A program made the position numbers and the translations under genes. The notes under the pieces are model-generated. The model searched no databases. It saw only the letters and a program-made list of their open reading frames with translations, and was not told where the DNA came from. DNA of 54,425 nucleotides from Sulfurospirillum sp. (GTDB taxonomy: Bacteria > Campylobacterota > Campylobacteria > Campylobacterales > Sulfurospirillaceae), in the NCBI GenBank assembly GCA_045047115.1, contig JASFYR010000038.1, forward strand, positions 1-54,425, in the 5' to 3' direction. Shown piece by piece: positions 8,058 through 19,697 of the stretch (positions are counted from its first letter, which is position 1; the number at the start of each line of letters is the position of its first letter).

Positions 8058-9122
8058 TTAGTTGTATATTTTTAATTCATTGTAGAGACTGTCTCTCTCT
8101 ACGGGTATATATCCACTTGTCTCTATCAGATCCAAAAACTCTTGGAGTTTCAGTCCGCCCGCACTTTTTGCACCTGCGGCTGACTGTACGGACTCTTTTT
8201 CGATAGTGCCGTCTAAATCATCTGCTCCAAACTCTTGAGCTATAAGGGCTAGATTTATAGTTGAAGTCGCCCAATACGCCTTGATATGCGGTATGTTATC
8301 CAGCAACAGCCTACTTATGGCATAAGTCTTTAGTATCTCGACCGAGCTTAAAAAATCCTCTACATGTAGATAGTTGTTGTCTCTTTGGTAAACAAGCGGA
8401 ATAAAAGCGTTGAAACCTCCGCTCTTGTCTTGCTGCTCTCTTAGTCTTAGTATATGGTCTATCCTGTGCTCCCTCTTCTCTATATGTCCAAATAGCATAG
8501 TTGCATTTGATTTTTTGCCTTTTTTGTGCCAAATATCGTGTATCTCCATCCACTGCTTGGAGCTCACTTTTCCTTTGCAGATATACTCTCTTACCTTTTC
8601 ATCAAATATCTCTGCTCCACCTCCGGGCATAGAGTCAACGCCGTTTTGAATCATCATATCGATTATCTGCTCATAGGACATATCATTTGCAGTAGCTAGA
8701 AAGTTTATCTCAGCAGCCGTCAAAGCCTTTACATGTAGAGCTGGAAATCTCTCTTTTATCTTCTTAAATATACCCATATACCACTCAAGTCCTGCATCTT
8801 TGTTGTGTGCAGATACGATGTGAACTTCGGTGATATTGTGCTTGATCGACTCATCAAGAGCGCTTAAAATCTCTTCGTGAGTCATAGTGTATGGATTTGG
8901 ATTTTTTCTATTTGCGCTAAAGGCACAAAATTTACAGATATCTTTGCATATATTTGTGGGGTTTATATGTCTGTTTATATTAAAAAAGGCCTTGTTTTGA
9001 TACAAGGCCTTTCGTTTTTCATTTGCGTATTTACCTAGAGTAAAAAGGTCGAGCTCATAAAGCGCCAAACCATCATCATAGTCTAGCCTCTGCCCGCTTT
9101 CAAGTTTTTCTATTATACTCAT
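8058..9122 (-). CDS. mqnE: Aminofutalosine synthase (radical SAM)
   Basis: NRHINPTNICKDICKFCAF (CxxxCxxC), MPGGGAEIF, SNATMLFGHIE and HIKAYW. Confidence 0.9.
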   Translation of the reverse strand: MSIIEKLESGQRLDYDDGLALYELDLFTLGKYANEKRKALYQNKAFFNINRHINPTNICKDICKFCAFSANRKNPNPYTMTHEEILSALDESIKHNITEVHIVSAHNKDAGLEWYMGIFKKIKERFPALHVKALTAAEINFLATANDMSYEQIIDMMIQNGVDSMPGGGAEIFDEKVREYICKGKVSSKQWMEIHDIWHKKGKKSNATMLFGHIEKREHRIDHILRLREQQDKSGGFNAFIPLVYQRDNNYLHVEDFLSSVEILKTYAISRLLLDNIPHIKAYWATSTINLALIAQEFGADDLDGTIEKESVQSAAGAKSAGGLKLQEFLDLIETSGYIPVERDSLYNELKIYN

Positions 9123-9189
9123 ATACTACTTTCATAGATAATTTAAAAGAAATATTCTATCTAATTAAATATTATATACCAATAAAAAA

Positions 9190-10404
9190 TTATAAGTAAT
9201 TCTCCGGCGGATAATTTTCCTCTACGAAATCTATATCTTTGTCTCCTCTTCCGCTTAAATTTACCAAGATAGATTCATACGGTTTCTCTTTGGCTAATTT
9301 CATGGCAAATGCCACTGCGTGGGCACTCTCAAGAGCCGGTATGATACCCTCATATTTACACAAGTCGTAAAATGCCTGTATAGCTTCATCATCACCTATC
9401 GCCACAGCGTGAGTTCTTTGTCTCTCTTTATTTAGATATGCTTGCTCAGGCCCTACTGACGGATAGTCAAGTCCGCTGGCTACTGAGTGGACAGGTGCGG
9501 GAGTGCCGTCTTCGTTTTGGAGCATTATGGAGTTAAAGCCGTGCAAAATTCCCTCTTTTCCATAAGTCAAACTTGCGGCATGTTCGCCTAGCTTGGTGCC
9601 TTTTCCTAGTGGTTCAACTGCATATATCTCACATGGATCTTCTATAAAAGCAGAGAAGAGTCCCATGGCATTGCTTCCACCGCCTATACAAGCCACTAGA
9701 TTGTCAGGTTGATTTCCCGTCATCTCAAAAAACTGCTCTTTTGCCTCTATGCCTACTACGCTTTGAAAGTCTCTGACCATCTTTGGAAACGGGTGAGGTC
9801 CTACGACTGAGCCTATGGCATACAGAGCAGTATCGCTCTCTTTCATATATGCTTCAAATGCCGAATCCACCGCCTCTTTTAAAGTTCTGCCACCAAAGCT
9901 GACAGGCACCACTTTGGCTCCTAGCATCTTCATCCTTATGACATTTGGGTGCTCTTTTACCATATCTACTTCGCCCATGTGTATCTCACACTCAAGCCCA
10001 AAATACGCCGCAGCGGTAGCCAAAGCCACACCATGCTGACCGGCTCCCGTCTCGGCTATAAGCTTCTTTTTGCCAAGATATTTTGCTAAAAGAGCCTCAC
10101 CCATACAGTGGTTTAGCTTATGTGCCCCCGTGTGGTTTAGATCCTCTCTTTTTAGATATATTCTTCCGCCACCCACATACTCACTGAGTCTTTTAGCGTA
10201 GTAAACGGGGGTTGGGCGTCCCTGGTAGTGCTTTCTTATGTCTCTTAATTCCATGATGAAATTATGAGAATTTCCAATCGTCAGATAGGCTTTTTCTATA
10301 TCTTTAAACTGCTCGATTAACTCCGGAGGCAAAAATGCTCCACCAAATTTTCCAAAATATCCCTCAGAATTTGGATATGACTGCAGATAAGGCTTTTGAT
10401 TCAT
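9190..10404 (-). CDS. trpB: Tryptophan synthase beta chain (stand-alone)
   Basis: [13 protein letters not shown] (PLP Lys), [26 protein letters not shown] and NLSGRGDKD. Confidence 0.95.
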   Translation of the reverse strand: MNQKPYLQSYPNSEGYFGKFGGAFLPPELIEQFKDIEKAYLTIGNSHNFIMELRDIRKHYQGRPTPVYYAKRLSEYVGGGRIYLKREDLNHTGAHKLNHCMGEALLAKYLGKKKLIAETGAGQHGVALATAAAYFGLECEIHMGEVDMVKEHPNVIRMKMLGAKVVPVSFGGRTLKEAVDSAFEAYMKESDTALYAIGSVVGPHPFPKMVRDFQSVVGIEAKEQFFEMTGNQPDNLVACIGGGSNAMGLFSAFIEDPCEIYAVEPLGKGTKLGEHAASLTYGKEGILHGFNSIMLQNEDGTPAPVHSVASGLDYPSVGPEQAYLNKERQRTHAVAIGDDEAIQAFYDLCKYEGIIPALESAHAVAFAMKLAKEKPYESILVNLSGRGDKDIDFVEENYPPENYL

Positions 10405-10512
10405 ATTTTTTCCTTAAAAAATTTTTCTAATTATAAAATATTTTGACTTAAAGAGCATAATTTAAACAAAAATATCTTCACAAAGACTCTTTTTTACTGT
10501 ATTATTCATACT

Positions 10513-13041
10513 ATGAAACTTGAAACAAAAATTGAAGAACTTATATATACAAAGGCTGATGATTTTCAAATCTCTAAAGTTATCAAGGAGCATATAGCTC
10601 GCTATTTAAATTCACTTGATGAAATTTTTGTACAAAATCAGGGTAAAGATTTCCTGGTCAAGCATACTAAAACTTTGGATAATTTTGTGAATATTATCTA
10701 CAAGTATGTCTTAAGAAAATATTTTGGCAACTATATGCCTTTTGTAAATGCTATACCTATAACTTTGGTTGCTATGGGAAGCTACGGTAGAGAGGAGCTT
10801 TGTGTCTATTCTGATATAGATTTGATGATAGTTTACAAAGATGTGAAAGGTTACAATACAGAACCTATGATCGAAGATATTTTGATGTTAGCATGGGATG
10901 CCGGGATGAAGCTAGGACATCGAACACACAAAGTTGACGAGCTCTTTAGCGCAAGCAATGAGGACTTGAGCATCAAAACTGCAATGCTTGAGTCAAGATT
11001 TTTGTGTGGATCTAAACTCCTGTGGATAGAGGCACAAAGAGAGCTGGAGAAAATCAGAAATTTCAAAAAGAGAGAGACTGTCCTTGCTCTTTTGAAAAAT
11101 TATAAAAAAAGAGTAAAAGAGAATTCTATCAAGATGGAGCCAAATATCAAAGAAAGTGAGGGCGGTTTAAGAGATGCAAATACTCTGTTTTGGCTCTGTA
11201 AAATTATATACGGTATAGAAAAATTAAAAGACCTTTCAGACTTCATACTTGATGAAAGAGAGTACAAAGAGTTTAGAAGTGCACTGGAGTTTTTATATAG
11301 AATCCGCTCTGCAACACATTTGAGTGCCAAGAAAAAGCAAGACACTCTAAATCTAGAATTCGTTCCTGATGTGGCAAAAAAATTAGGGTTCAAAGATAAA
11401 GTCTTAAAGAGTGCACAGATGCAACTCTCCCATAAAACTCTACAATCTATGAATACCTTGAACACAACAAGTAGAATCTTTATAAAAAAGGTAACTGCTC
11501 CTCTTCTGGCAGATATAGGTAGATTTTCCGAGCTTAAAAATGCCAGAGTTGAGCCTCAGATTTTTATCTGCGATGGCGTTGTTTACTCATCTTTCAAAAA
11601 AAGAGCAATCAGCTTGGATGAAGTGCTAGATCAGATAGACAGATTAAGCTTTGATGGTGTAAAGTTTGATATAAGTTATGTAAATTTTATACGCTACTGT
11701 TCGTTCAACACTCACAACAGCATTAAAACATATAAACTCTTCAAAAAAATACTCTACAAAGAGAAGATATATGAAATTTTTAGAACACTCGACACTGCAT
11801 CACTGCTCTCGCAACTCGCAAAACCTTTTAAAAGTGTAAAATTTTTAGCCCAATTTGATGGTTACCACCAATATCCTGTCGATAAACATACTATCAGATG
11901 CATCTGGCATCTTGAAAATATAAAAGATGAATTCATAAGCTCTTTATTTAGTAAACTCTCTTTAGAATACAAAGCACTTCTGAGACTTGTCATCTTTTTT
12001 CACGATATAGGCAAAGGGCGACGCGGAAACCACTGTGATTTAGGGGCAAAGATATTTAGAGTATATGCAAAAAAACTCGAATTCAGCAAAGATGCCATTT
12101 TAGACGGAACAACACTTGTTAGGATTCATACCCTAATGAACAATACTGCAAGCAGAGAAGATATATATAATGAAAGAATTGTTCTCTCTTTTGTCTCAAA
12201 ACTCAAAGATATAAATATCCTAAATATGCTCTATATCCTAACCTACACAGATGTAAACGGGGTAGGCAGAGGAGTTTACTCCAACTTTAGCGCAAACCTC
12301 CTAAAAGAGTTATATATCAGGTCTCTAAGAGTCTTTGAAAAACCAAAACTCATTGATGAAGTAAGCAGTCGCCTAAGAAGAGAAAAGTTTTTAAAGAAAA
12401 AGGAAGAATTTAAACAATTTCCACCTATTTTGCAGAGAAAAACTCTAAATATCAGCTCTAATTTCTTTTTTATAAAACACAAATCGGAACAAATCATAAA
12501 GATCTCAAAACTAGCTTTTGAGACAGAGACTTTTACATACAAGATAGAGACAAAACCATATCTAAAGATAGAGGTTATAAGAAATAATGAATTTAACATT
12601 GGTTATTTGCTTGGAAAACTGGGCTTCTTGAATCTCGTAAATATGGAAATATACAAACTGTTTGATGAGAAAAAGTACTTTAAACTGGAGTTTAATGAGG
12701 ACGTATATGGTGATGATGTATCGCATATAGAAGAGTTGATAAAAAGCTCATTTGATATGAGTAAAAAGACAAAACTTATAAAGCCTGTCATACTCAAAGA
12801 TGAGATAGAGCTTAACTGTGAACACTCCATGACATATGCACAGATGAATATACACACAAAAGATCAAAAAGGATTGATGGCATATGTAATGAGCAAATTT
12901 GATGAAGAGGATATAGATATAGTGATGGCAAAAATTCAGACCATAAAAAGAAGAACGAGAAACCTTATTTTAATCGAAAAAACACTATACTTATGCGAAA
13001 ATAAGAATAAAATACTAGAGGGCTTAACATGTGCGGAATAG
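10513..13041 (+). CDS. glnD: [Protein-PII] uridylyltransferase
   Basis: GSYGREEL..YSDIDL NTase motif, EPNIKESEGGLRD, YHQYPVDKH, HD motif HDIGKG and a C-terminal ACT-like segment. Confidence 0.88.
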   Translation: MKLETKIEELIYTKADDFQISKVIKEHIARYLNSLDEIFVQNQGKDFLVKHTKTLDNFVNIIYKYVLRKYFGNYMPFVNAIPITLVAMGSYGREELCVYSDIDLMIVYKDVKGYNTEPMIEDILMLAWDAGMKLGHRTHKVDELFSASNEDLSIKTAMLESRFLCGSKLLWIEAQRELEKIRNFKKRETVLALLKNYKKRVKENSIKMEPNIKESEGGLRDANTLFWLCKIIYGIEKLKDLSDFILDEREYKEFRSALEFLYRIRSATHLSAKKKQDTLNLEFVPDVAKKLGFKDKVLKSAQMQLSHKTLQSMNTLNTTSRIFIKKVTAPLLADIGRFSELKNARVEPQIFICDGVVYSSFKKRAISLDEVLDQIDRLSFDGVKFDISYVNFIRYCSFNTHNSIKTYKLFKKILYKEKIYEIFRTLDTASLLSQLAKPFKSVKFLAQFDGYHQYPVDKHTIRCIWHLENIKDEFISSLFSKLSLEYKALLRLVIFFHDIGKGRRGNHCDLGAKIFRVYAKKLEFSKDAILDGTTLVRIHTLMNNTASREDIYNERIVLSFVSKLKDINILNMLYILTYTDVNGVGRGVYSNFSANLLKELYIRSLRVFEKPKLIDEVSSRLRREKFLKKKEEFKQFPPILQRKTLNISSNFFFIKHKSEQIIKISKLAFETETFTYKIETKPYLKIEVIRNNEFNIGYLLGKLGFLNLVNMEIYKLFDEKKYFKLEFNEDVYGDDVSHIEELIKSSFDMSKKTKLIKPVILKDEIELNCEHSMTYAQMNIHTKDQKGLMAYVMSKFDEEDIDIVMAKIQTIKRRTRNLILIEKTLYLCENKNKILEGLTCAE

Positions 13042-14840
13042 TAGGATATATAGGCAAAAGAGAGAAGAGAGAATTTTTACTAAACGGGTTAAAAGAGTTG
13101 GAGTACAGAGGTTATGACAGTGCCGGTATAGCCGTGCTTCATCAAAGTGAAATAAACTATTTTAAAGCCAGTGGAAAACTTGACAACCTTATAGAAAAAA
13201 CCAAAGATTTTCGCTCTATCGGATTTGGTCTGGGTATCGCTCACACGAGATGGGCAACACATGGAAAACCAACTGAGATAAATGCCCATCCTCACTGGGG
13301 AGATTACTCTTTTGTGATACACAATGGCATAATAGAAAACTATATGGAGATAAAAAAAGAGCTTCAAAGTGGTGGAGTGGTTTTTTTGAGTCAAACTGAC
13401 AGTGAAGTAATAGTACATCTTTTTGAAAAATTTATATCTCAAAATTTAACACCAAAAGAAGCATTTCAAAAAATGGTAGAGTCTTTAAAAGGTGCTTATG
13501 CCATACTACTCATAACAAAAATGGAACCTGAGACTATATTTTTTGCTAAAAATGCAGTGCCTCTAATCATCGGCAAAAACAGTGAAAATGAGCTATTTTT
13601 GGGCTCTAGCGATGCTCCACTAATCGGATTTGCTGATGAAGTTGTCTATTTAGAAGATGGAACTTACGGATGGATGAACAAAGAAGAGATTGAGATATAT
13701 AAAGATTCTATAAAACTTGAGCCAAACTTCAAACTCCTAAGCACAAGCAAGATTTATGCTCAAAAAGACGGCTTTAGATTTTTCATGGAAAAAGAGATAT
13801 ACGAACAATCAGCAGTAGCAAGCGAAACTCTTATGGGTAGAATCAAAGATGAAAATGTCTATCTTGAAGAGTTAAGTGGTATAGATTTTGATGATATTGA
13901 CGAGATTAAGATTTGTGCCTGTGGTACAAGCTATCACGCCGCCCTTACCTCCAGCTACCTTTTTGAGAGAATTGCAAAGATAAGATGTTCTGTTGAGATA
14001 GCAAGTGAATTCAGATACAAAGAGCCTCTTTTAGATAAAAAAACTCTTTTTTTAGCCATCAGCCAAAGTGGTGAGACAGCCGACACACTAGAGGCTCTAA
14101 AGATGGCAAAAAAAGCAGGACTTAAAACCCTTGCTATATGTAATGTTGACAACTCTTCGATAGTGAGAATCAGTGATGCAACTATACTCACAAGAGCCGG
14201 GATAGAAAAAGGAGTTGCCAGCACTAAAGCATTTGCCACACAGGTTCTAACACTATGGCTCTTAACTCTTCATATTGCGAAATATAAAAACACCATAAAA
14301 GAGGAACTGTATAAGCAAGAGATAAAAGCTCTTCGAGGCGCACCTGAAGTCTTAAAAGTAGATGAAGAGATACACGAAAAACTTCATAGACTCTCCAAGA
14401 GATACCTTCACGGACACGGATTTTTCTTTATAGGCCGAGATATTTTCTTTCCGCTGGCACTTGAGGGTGCACTTAAATTAAAAGAGATAAGCTATCTTCA
14501 TGCAGAGGGATATCCAGCAGGCGAGATGAAACACGGACCAATTGCTCTTGCCGATAGTACGCTTTTTACAGTAGCCCTAATGCCTCAAACTCTGCTTTAT
14601 GAAAAAACAAAAAGCAATGTCGAAGAGTTAAGTGCAAGAGATGCTACTATACTGGCCATAAGCCCGAAAGAGTTTGCCTTGGCAGATGATTTTATAAAAA
14701 CTTCACCTCATACTCATCCGATGAGTGAATTCTTTGAGATGATGGTCATCACTCAACTTTTTGCACTGGAAATTTCGATAAGATTAGGGAATGATGTTGA
14801 TATGCCGAGGAACCTGGCAAAATCAGTAACTGTCGAATAG
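13029..14840 (+). CDS. glmS: Glutamine--fructose-6-phosphate aminotransferase
   Basis: MCGIVG, HTRWATHG, SQSGETADT and PRNLAKSVTVE. Confidence 0.98.
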   Translation: MCGIVGYIGKREKREFLLNGLKELEYRGYDSAGIAVLHQSEINYFKASGKLDNLIEKTKDFRSIGFGLGIAHTRWATHGKPTEINAHPHWGDYSFVIHNGIIENYMEIKKELQSGGVVFLSQTDSEVIVHLFEKFISQNLTPKEAFQKMVESLKGAYAILLITKMEPETIFFAKNAVPLIIGKNSENELFLGSSDAPLIGFADEVVYLEDGTYGWMNKEEIEIYKDSIKLEPNFKLLSTSKIYAQKDGFRFFMEKEIYEQSAVASETLMGRIKDENVYLEELSGIDFDDIDEIKICACGTSYHAALTSSYLFERIAKIRCSVEIASEFRYKEPLLDKKTLFLAISQSGETADTLEALKMAKKAGLKTLAICNVDNSSIVRISDATILTRAGIEKGVASTKAFATQVLTLWLLTLHIAKYKNTIKEELYKQEIKALRGAPEVLKVDEEIHEKLHRLSKRYLHGHGFFFIGRDIFFPLALEGALKLKEISYLHAEGYPAGEMKHGPIALADSTLFTVALMPQTLLYEKTKSNVEELSARDATILAISPKEFALADDFIKTSPHTHPMSEFFEMMVITQLFALEISIRLGNDVDMPRNLAKSVTVE

Positions 14841-14844
14841 AGAG

Positions 14845-16194
14845 TTACTGAAGCATCTCCCCTATGGACTCCGAGAGTGTCGGATGGGCAAAGACCATAT
14901 CTTTTAGATTATCTATTGTTAGACTTTGATTTACTGCTATCAGGAGAAGATGAATGAGCTCAGTTGCTTCTTGCCCTATGATTGCTCCACCTAGGATAAC
15001 TCCACTGTTTTCTTCGCACAAGAGTTTTATAAATCCTCCATCATCACCTTTTATCTTTGCTTTTGAGCTTGATTTGAAAAACTGCTTTTTTACCTCATAA
15101 TCTATGTCTGATTTTTTAAGAGTTTTTTCATTTAGTCCTACACTTGCGACTTGTGGATTGCAAAATGTCACAAAAGGTATCGTTTTTGAAGGCTCTTTTT
15201 TGATGGTATTTAAGATATTGTTTGCTACAACTTTTGCTTCATGGTAAGCCATATGTGCCAGAGCAGGCGTTGGAATCACATCGCCTAGTGCATAGATATT
15301 TGGATTGGCTGTTGTGAGATTTTCATCTACTATGATAAAACCTCTATCGTTTTTTATGTTTGCATTTTTAAGTCCAAGATTTTTGGTATTTGGAGCTCTT
15401 CCTATGGAAACTAGCACAAGTTCATAACTATCTTGCACCGCTCCTCTTGATGTTTGCATATCAATCATAACACTATTTTCATTTTTGGTGTAATTTGTTA
15501 CATTTGCATTTGTTGTGACTTTTATGCCTTTTCTTTTTAGCTCTCTCTCTAGCGTTTTTGCCACATCTTCATCTTCGGCAGGGACTAGATTTGGAGTAAA
15601 TTCTGCTATATGCACATTGACACCTAAAGAGTTAAAAAATGTAGCAAATTCGCACCCTATCGCACCGCCTCCAACTATTAGTATGGACTCAGGAATTTTT
15701 TCTAATTCAAATACTTCATCGCTTGAAATTATCTGTTTCTTATCTATCTCCAAAAGAGGATGTGGTCTATGAATGGAGCCGGTTGCTATAACAAATTTAT
15801 CTGCTTTTATGATTTGTTCTCCAACCTGCACGCTGTTTTCACCGATAAATCTAGCCTCTCCAAAGAGTATATCTACTCCTGCTTTTGTGATACTGGCAGT
15901 TGCTCCTTTTCTAATTTGATTTAGAAGTGTGGTTTTTTTATCTTTAAGGGTATTTAGTTCAAACATTGTATCTTTCATAGAAAAGCCTAAACTCTCAAGG
16001 TGCTTTTTTTTGCCTAAACAACCAACGCTCTCAAGATATAATTTTGCAGGAATACAACCCTCATTTAGACAGGTTCCTCCTATATGACTCTTTTTTTTTT
16101 CTATTAAACATACTTTTTTACCTGCTTTCGTCAAAGAAGCAGAACATTTTTCACCACCGGGACCACCACCTATAACCACTACATCATACATCAT
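14845..16194 (-). CDS. lpdA: Dihydrolipoyl dehydrogenase (L-protein)
   Basis: IGGGPGG, GGTCLNEGCIP redox disulfide, GGGAIGCE and AHPTLSE. Confidence 0.93.
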   Translation of the reverse strand: MMYDVVVIGGGPGGEKCSASLTKAGKKVCLIEKKKSHIGGTCLNEGCIPAKLYLESVGCLGKKKHLESLGFSMKDTMFELNTLKDKKTTLLNQIRKGATASITKAGVDILFGEARFIGENSVQVGEQIIKADKFVIATGSIHRPHPLLEIDKKQIISSDEVFELEKIPESILIVGGGAIGCEFATFFNSLGVNVHIAEFTPNLVPAEDEDVAKTLERELKRKGIKVTTNANVTNYTKNENSVMIDMQTSRGAVQDSYELVLVSIGRAPNTKNLGLKNANIKNDRGFIIVDENLTTANPNIYALGDVIPTPALAHMAYHEAKVVANNILNTIKKEPSKTIPFVTFCNPQVASVGLNEKTLKKSDIDYEVKKQFFKSSSKAKIKGDDGGFIKLLCEENSGVILGGAIIGQEATELIHLLLIAVNQSLTIDNLKDMVFAHPTLSESIGEMLQ

Positions 16195-17042
16195 TTCTTT
16201 CCTTCAAAATACTCATGTGCCATATATGAGCTTCTTGTGTATGGAGAGCTTTTTACAAACTCAAAACCCATCTCTTTTGCCATCTTTCCATATTCTTCAA
16301 ATTTTTCCGGCTTTATGTATTCGACTACTTTTGTATGCCCTTTGCTTGGTCTTAAATATTGTCCCATTGTCAAAAGAGTACATCCTGCATCCATTAAATC
16401 TTGCAAAACTGACTTTAACTCATCTTCCCTCTCGCCAAGCCCTAGCATCAAAGCACTTTTTGTTTTTATATCCGGATTTAGCTCTTTTAAACTCTTTAAA
16501 ACTTCAAGAGATCGACTATAGTGTGCGCCTTTTCTTACTTCGTAGAGTCTTGGAACCGTTTCTATATTGTGCCCGATAATCTCAGCTCCACAATTTGCTA
16601 TAGTCTCAAGTGCTTTTATATTATTCTTTAAATCGGGTATCAAAAGTTCAACCGTAATATGCTCATCTGTCTTCTTGATAACTTCAACACATCGCCTAAA
16701 AATCTCAGCTCCACCATCGCTCAAGTCATCTCTTGTCACACTCGTGATGACAACATGCCTAAGCCCAAGAGCTTTTACAGCATCTGCAACCTTTTGTGGC
16801 TCTTCCAAATCAAGCTCATTTGGTTTCCCCTTATTTACGTTGCAAAATGTGCATTTTCTAGTACAAGTATCACCCAAAATCATAAATGTAGCATTTTTTT
16901 TAGAAAAACACTCCGAGATATTTGGACACATAGCCTCTTGACAAACAGTATGAATCCCGATACTTTTTAACTTCTGCTCTACATCTTTTTTTTGTGAAAA
17001 AAACAGTTTCTTATGTAACCACTCAGGCTTTCTTTTAGTCAA
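16191..17042 (-). CDS. lipA: Lipoyl synthase
   Basis: CQEAMCPNISEC, CTRKCTFC and RSSY. TTG start. Confidence 0.96.
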   Translation of the reverse strand: MTKRKPEWLHKKLFFSQKKDVEQKLKSIGIHTVCQEAMCPNISECFSKKNATFMILGDTCTRKCTFCNVNKGKPNELDLEEPQKVADAVKALGLRHVVITSVTRDDLSDGGAEIFRRCVEVIKKTDEHITVELLIPDLKNNIKALETIANCGAEIIGHNIETVPRLYEVRKGAHYSRSLEVLKSLKELNPDIKTKSALMLGLGEREDELKSVLQDLMDAGCTLLTMGQYLRPSKGHTKVVEYIKPEKFEEYGKMAKEMGFEFVKSSPYTRSSYMAHEYFEGKK

Positions 17043-17115
17043 ATTTTATCCTTGTTTATATATTATAATTGTATCTAGTTTTCTTTTAGGTTTTGTTTAC
17101 AGTTAATCATAATTA

Positions 17116-17273
17116 TGATATACTAGAGCAATTTCAGCGTATCTTCGATCGACGACTGACTTCGTTTCTGTAATCAATTGATAACTTAACAATCTTATTT
17201 TTATAGCTTTGATCGAGAAAGTTTTTACTTTTCGAAAGCTATAAGTACCTTTGGTACTCACACAAGGCAAACA
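17116..17273 (+). promoter_or_regulatory. Extended -10 promoter and structured leader of the DEAD-box helicase
   Basis: TGATATACT at 17116-17124. Hairpins at 17201-17244 and 17244-17258 precede the RBS. Confidence 0.5.
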
Positions 17274-18485
17274 ATGTCATTTACAACTTTGGGTTTGAGC
17301 AAACCTATACTGCGCGCAATAAAAGATGAGGGCTACGATAAGCCAACTCCAATCCAGGAAAAAGCTATCCCTGTTATACTTAAAGGCAAAGATGTCTTAG
17401 CAGGAGCACAAACCGGAACTGGCAAAACAGCAGGTTTTACTCTCCCTCTCTTACAACTGCTTAGTACAAATTCTAAAAAAAGAGTCAGCAAACAAGTTCG
17501 TGCACTTATCCTTACACCAACAAGGGAGCTAGCCGCACAAGTCGGAGAGAGTGTAAAAACTTATGGTAAATATCTACCTTTAAAATCATCCATAGTATTT
17601 GGAGGGGTTGGGATAAATCCTCAGATTTCTACTCTTCGCGGAGGTTTAGATATACTAGTAGCGACTCCGGGGAGATTATTAGATCATGTTAGTCAAAGGA
17701 CAGTGGACCTCTCACATGTAGAGTATCTTATCTTAGATGAAGCCGATAGGATGCTGGATATGGGTTTTATACATGATATAAAAAAAGTTTTAGCGATATT
17801 GCCTAAGAAAAAGCAAACCCTGCTTTTTTCAGCGACATTTTCAAATGAGATAAAAAAACTAGCTGACAATCTCCTAAACGCTCCCATACTGATAGAAGTA
17901 GCAAAAAGAAATGCAACAGCAAAAGATATACGACAAATCATACACCCTGTAGACAAAACAAAAAAACAAGATCTACTAACACATCTCATAAAGAGTGAAA
18001 AATGGAAGCAAGTTCTAGTTTTCACAAGAACAAAACACGGAGCAAACCGTCTAAGCAAACAACTTGTGATGGACGGTATAAGCTCAGCCGCAATCCACGG
18101 CAACAAGAGCCAAGGAGCTAGGACTAAAGCGCTTGCTGATTTTAAAAAAGGAGCCGTTAGCGTTCTTGTGGCAACTGATATAGCAGCGAGAGGCATCGAT
18201 ATAGAGCAACTCCCAAATGTTGTAAATTTTGAATTACCAAATATCAGCGAAGACTATATCCATAGGATTGGAAGAACAGGAAGAGCCGGAAATGGTGGAA
18301 TTGCCAGTTCACTGGTTTGTGTAGATGAGTTAGAATATCTGCGAGGAATAGAAAAACTAACAAAGCAAAAGATAAAAAAAGTAACGATAGACGGATACGA
18401 ACCTGATATGAGCATAAAACCCGAACCAATCAATCTAGGACAAAGAAAAAACAGACCAAAAAACAGAAGAAGTGGGAGGAGATAG
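17274..18485 (+). CDS. rhlE: ATP-dependent DEAD-box RNA helicase, RhlE-like
   Basis: [29 protein letters not shown] and [10 protein letters not shown]. Confidence 0.93.
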   Translation: MSFTTLGLSKPILRAIKDEGYDKPTPIQEKAIPVILKGKDVLAGAQTGTGKTAGFTLPLLQLLSTNSKKRVSKQVRALILTPTRELAAQVGESVKTYGKYLPLKSSIVFGGVGINPQISTLRGGLDILVATPGRLLDHVSQRTVDLSHVEYLILDEADRMLDMGFIHDIKKVLAILPKKKQTLLFSATFSNEIKKLADNLLNAPILIEVAKRNATAKDIRQIIHPVDKTKKQDLLTHLIKSEKWKQVLVFTRTKHGANRLSKQLVMDGISSAAIHGNKSQGARTKALADFKKGAVSVLVATDIAARGIDIEQLPNVVNFELPNISEDYIHRIGRTGRAGNGGIASSLVCVDELEYLRGIEKLTKQKIKKVTIDGYEPDMSIKPEPINLGQRKNRPKNRRSGRR

Positions 18486-18585
18486 TAGTTTTAGAGATTT
18501 TCCTCTCGCTTTATTAGTTCTTATGCAAAGATTAAGCGGAGGGGGTAGCATATATTTGATATTTTCTTAAAGGTGGTATATTGGA

Positions 18586-19677
18586 ATGTTTGGAAGAAAT
18601 CATGAGGTATTATCAAGTAAAGTAGAAGAGTTGGAGGAGAAAATTCTCCTTCTTGAAGATGAAAATAGCAAACTCAAAAGTAAACTAGATGAGCAAAAAA
18701 AAGATTTTGATAAAAATCAGCTGGTGCTTGAAGAAAACAAACTAAAAACATCCTTAACTAATTTATTGATTGATGGTTGTGAAAACAATATAAAAGAGGT
18801 GTAAAAATCTGTCGAAGAAAATTTGCAAAAATCAAAGGAGATATTAGAGAAAACAAAAACATCATCATCAGATGTGCGTTCATTGAATGATACTGCTGAT
18901 CTACTTTTAAATTCTTTGGAAACAATACTACAATCATCAGACCACTCTAGGACAACGACAGATGACTTGCAAAACGGTGTTACTCAAATAAGCGATGTAA
19001 TAAATCTCATAAAAGATATATCAGACCAAACAAATCTTCTAGCACTAAATGCAGCTATAGAAGCAGCAAGGGCAGGAGAACATGGAAGAAGATTTGCAGT
19101 TGTTGCTGACGAAGTACGAAAATTAGCAGAAAAAACACAAAAAGCAACTCAAGATGTTGAGATCAATATCGATGCTTTAAAACAAAATGCAAACACTATG
19201 CTAGAGCAGAGTACGAGTTTGGAGAAGATTACAAATGATTCAAATAACTATGTTAATAATTTCAAAGATGGATTTTCAGAACTCATCGATAGTTCTACAG
19301 TTATCGAGGAGGATGCAGATAAAATATCTTTGGAGATATTTGGTACTTTGGCAAAAATAGACCATATACTCTTTAAAGTTAAGGGATATAAAAATGTATT
19401 TGATAATAATCATGAACTGATGAGTGATGATACATCTTGCAGATTGGGTAAGTGGTACACCTCTATCGGAAAAGAAAAATTTGGAAATACTGATGCTTAC
19501 AAAGAGTTAGAGCTTCCTCACAAAATGGTACATCGAACTACAAACCAAGCTTTAGAGTGCATAAAAACAGGCGAGTGTTTGAGTGATATAAATCATGTCT
19601 TAAATCTTTTTGAAGATGCAAGCAAAAAAGTATTTTTAATTATCAATAAAATGTTAAAGGAAAAAGTCTTTGTTTGA
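18586..19677 (+). pseudogene. Soluble MCP chemoreceptor with C-terminal CZB domain, interrupted by an in-frame stop
   Basis: ORFs 18586..18804 and 18823..19677 are in one frame, split by TAA at 18802-18804. [31 protein letters not shown] has R where G is conserved. CZB motifs DH..K, CRLGKWY and PH..VH. Confidence 0.85.
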
Positions 19678-19697
19678 TAAATCTAGCGAATAAAAGG

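Noticed and set aside
17693..18196. 167-aa antisense ORF in rhlE, representative of many antisense ORFs in the track
   Set aside because: Fully overlaps a conserved gene on the opposite strand; expected from codon bias.
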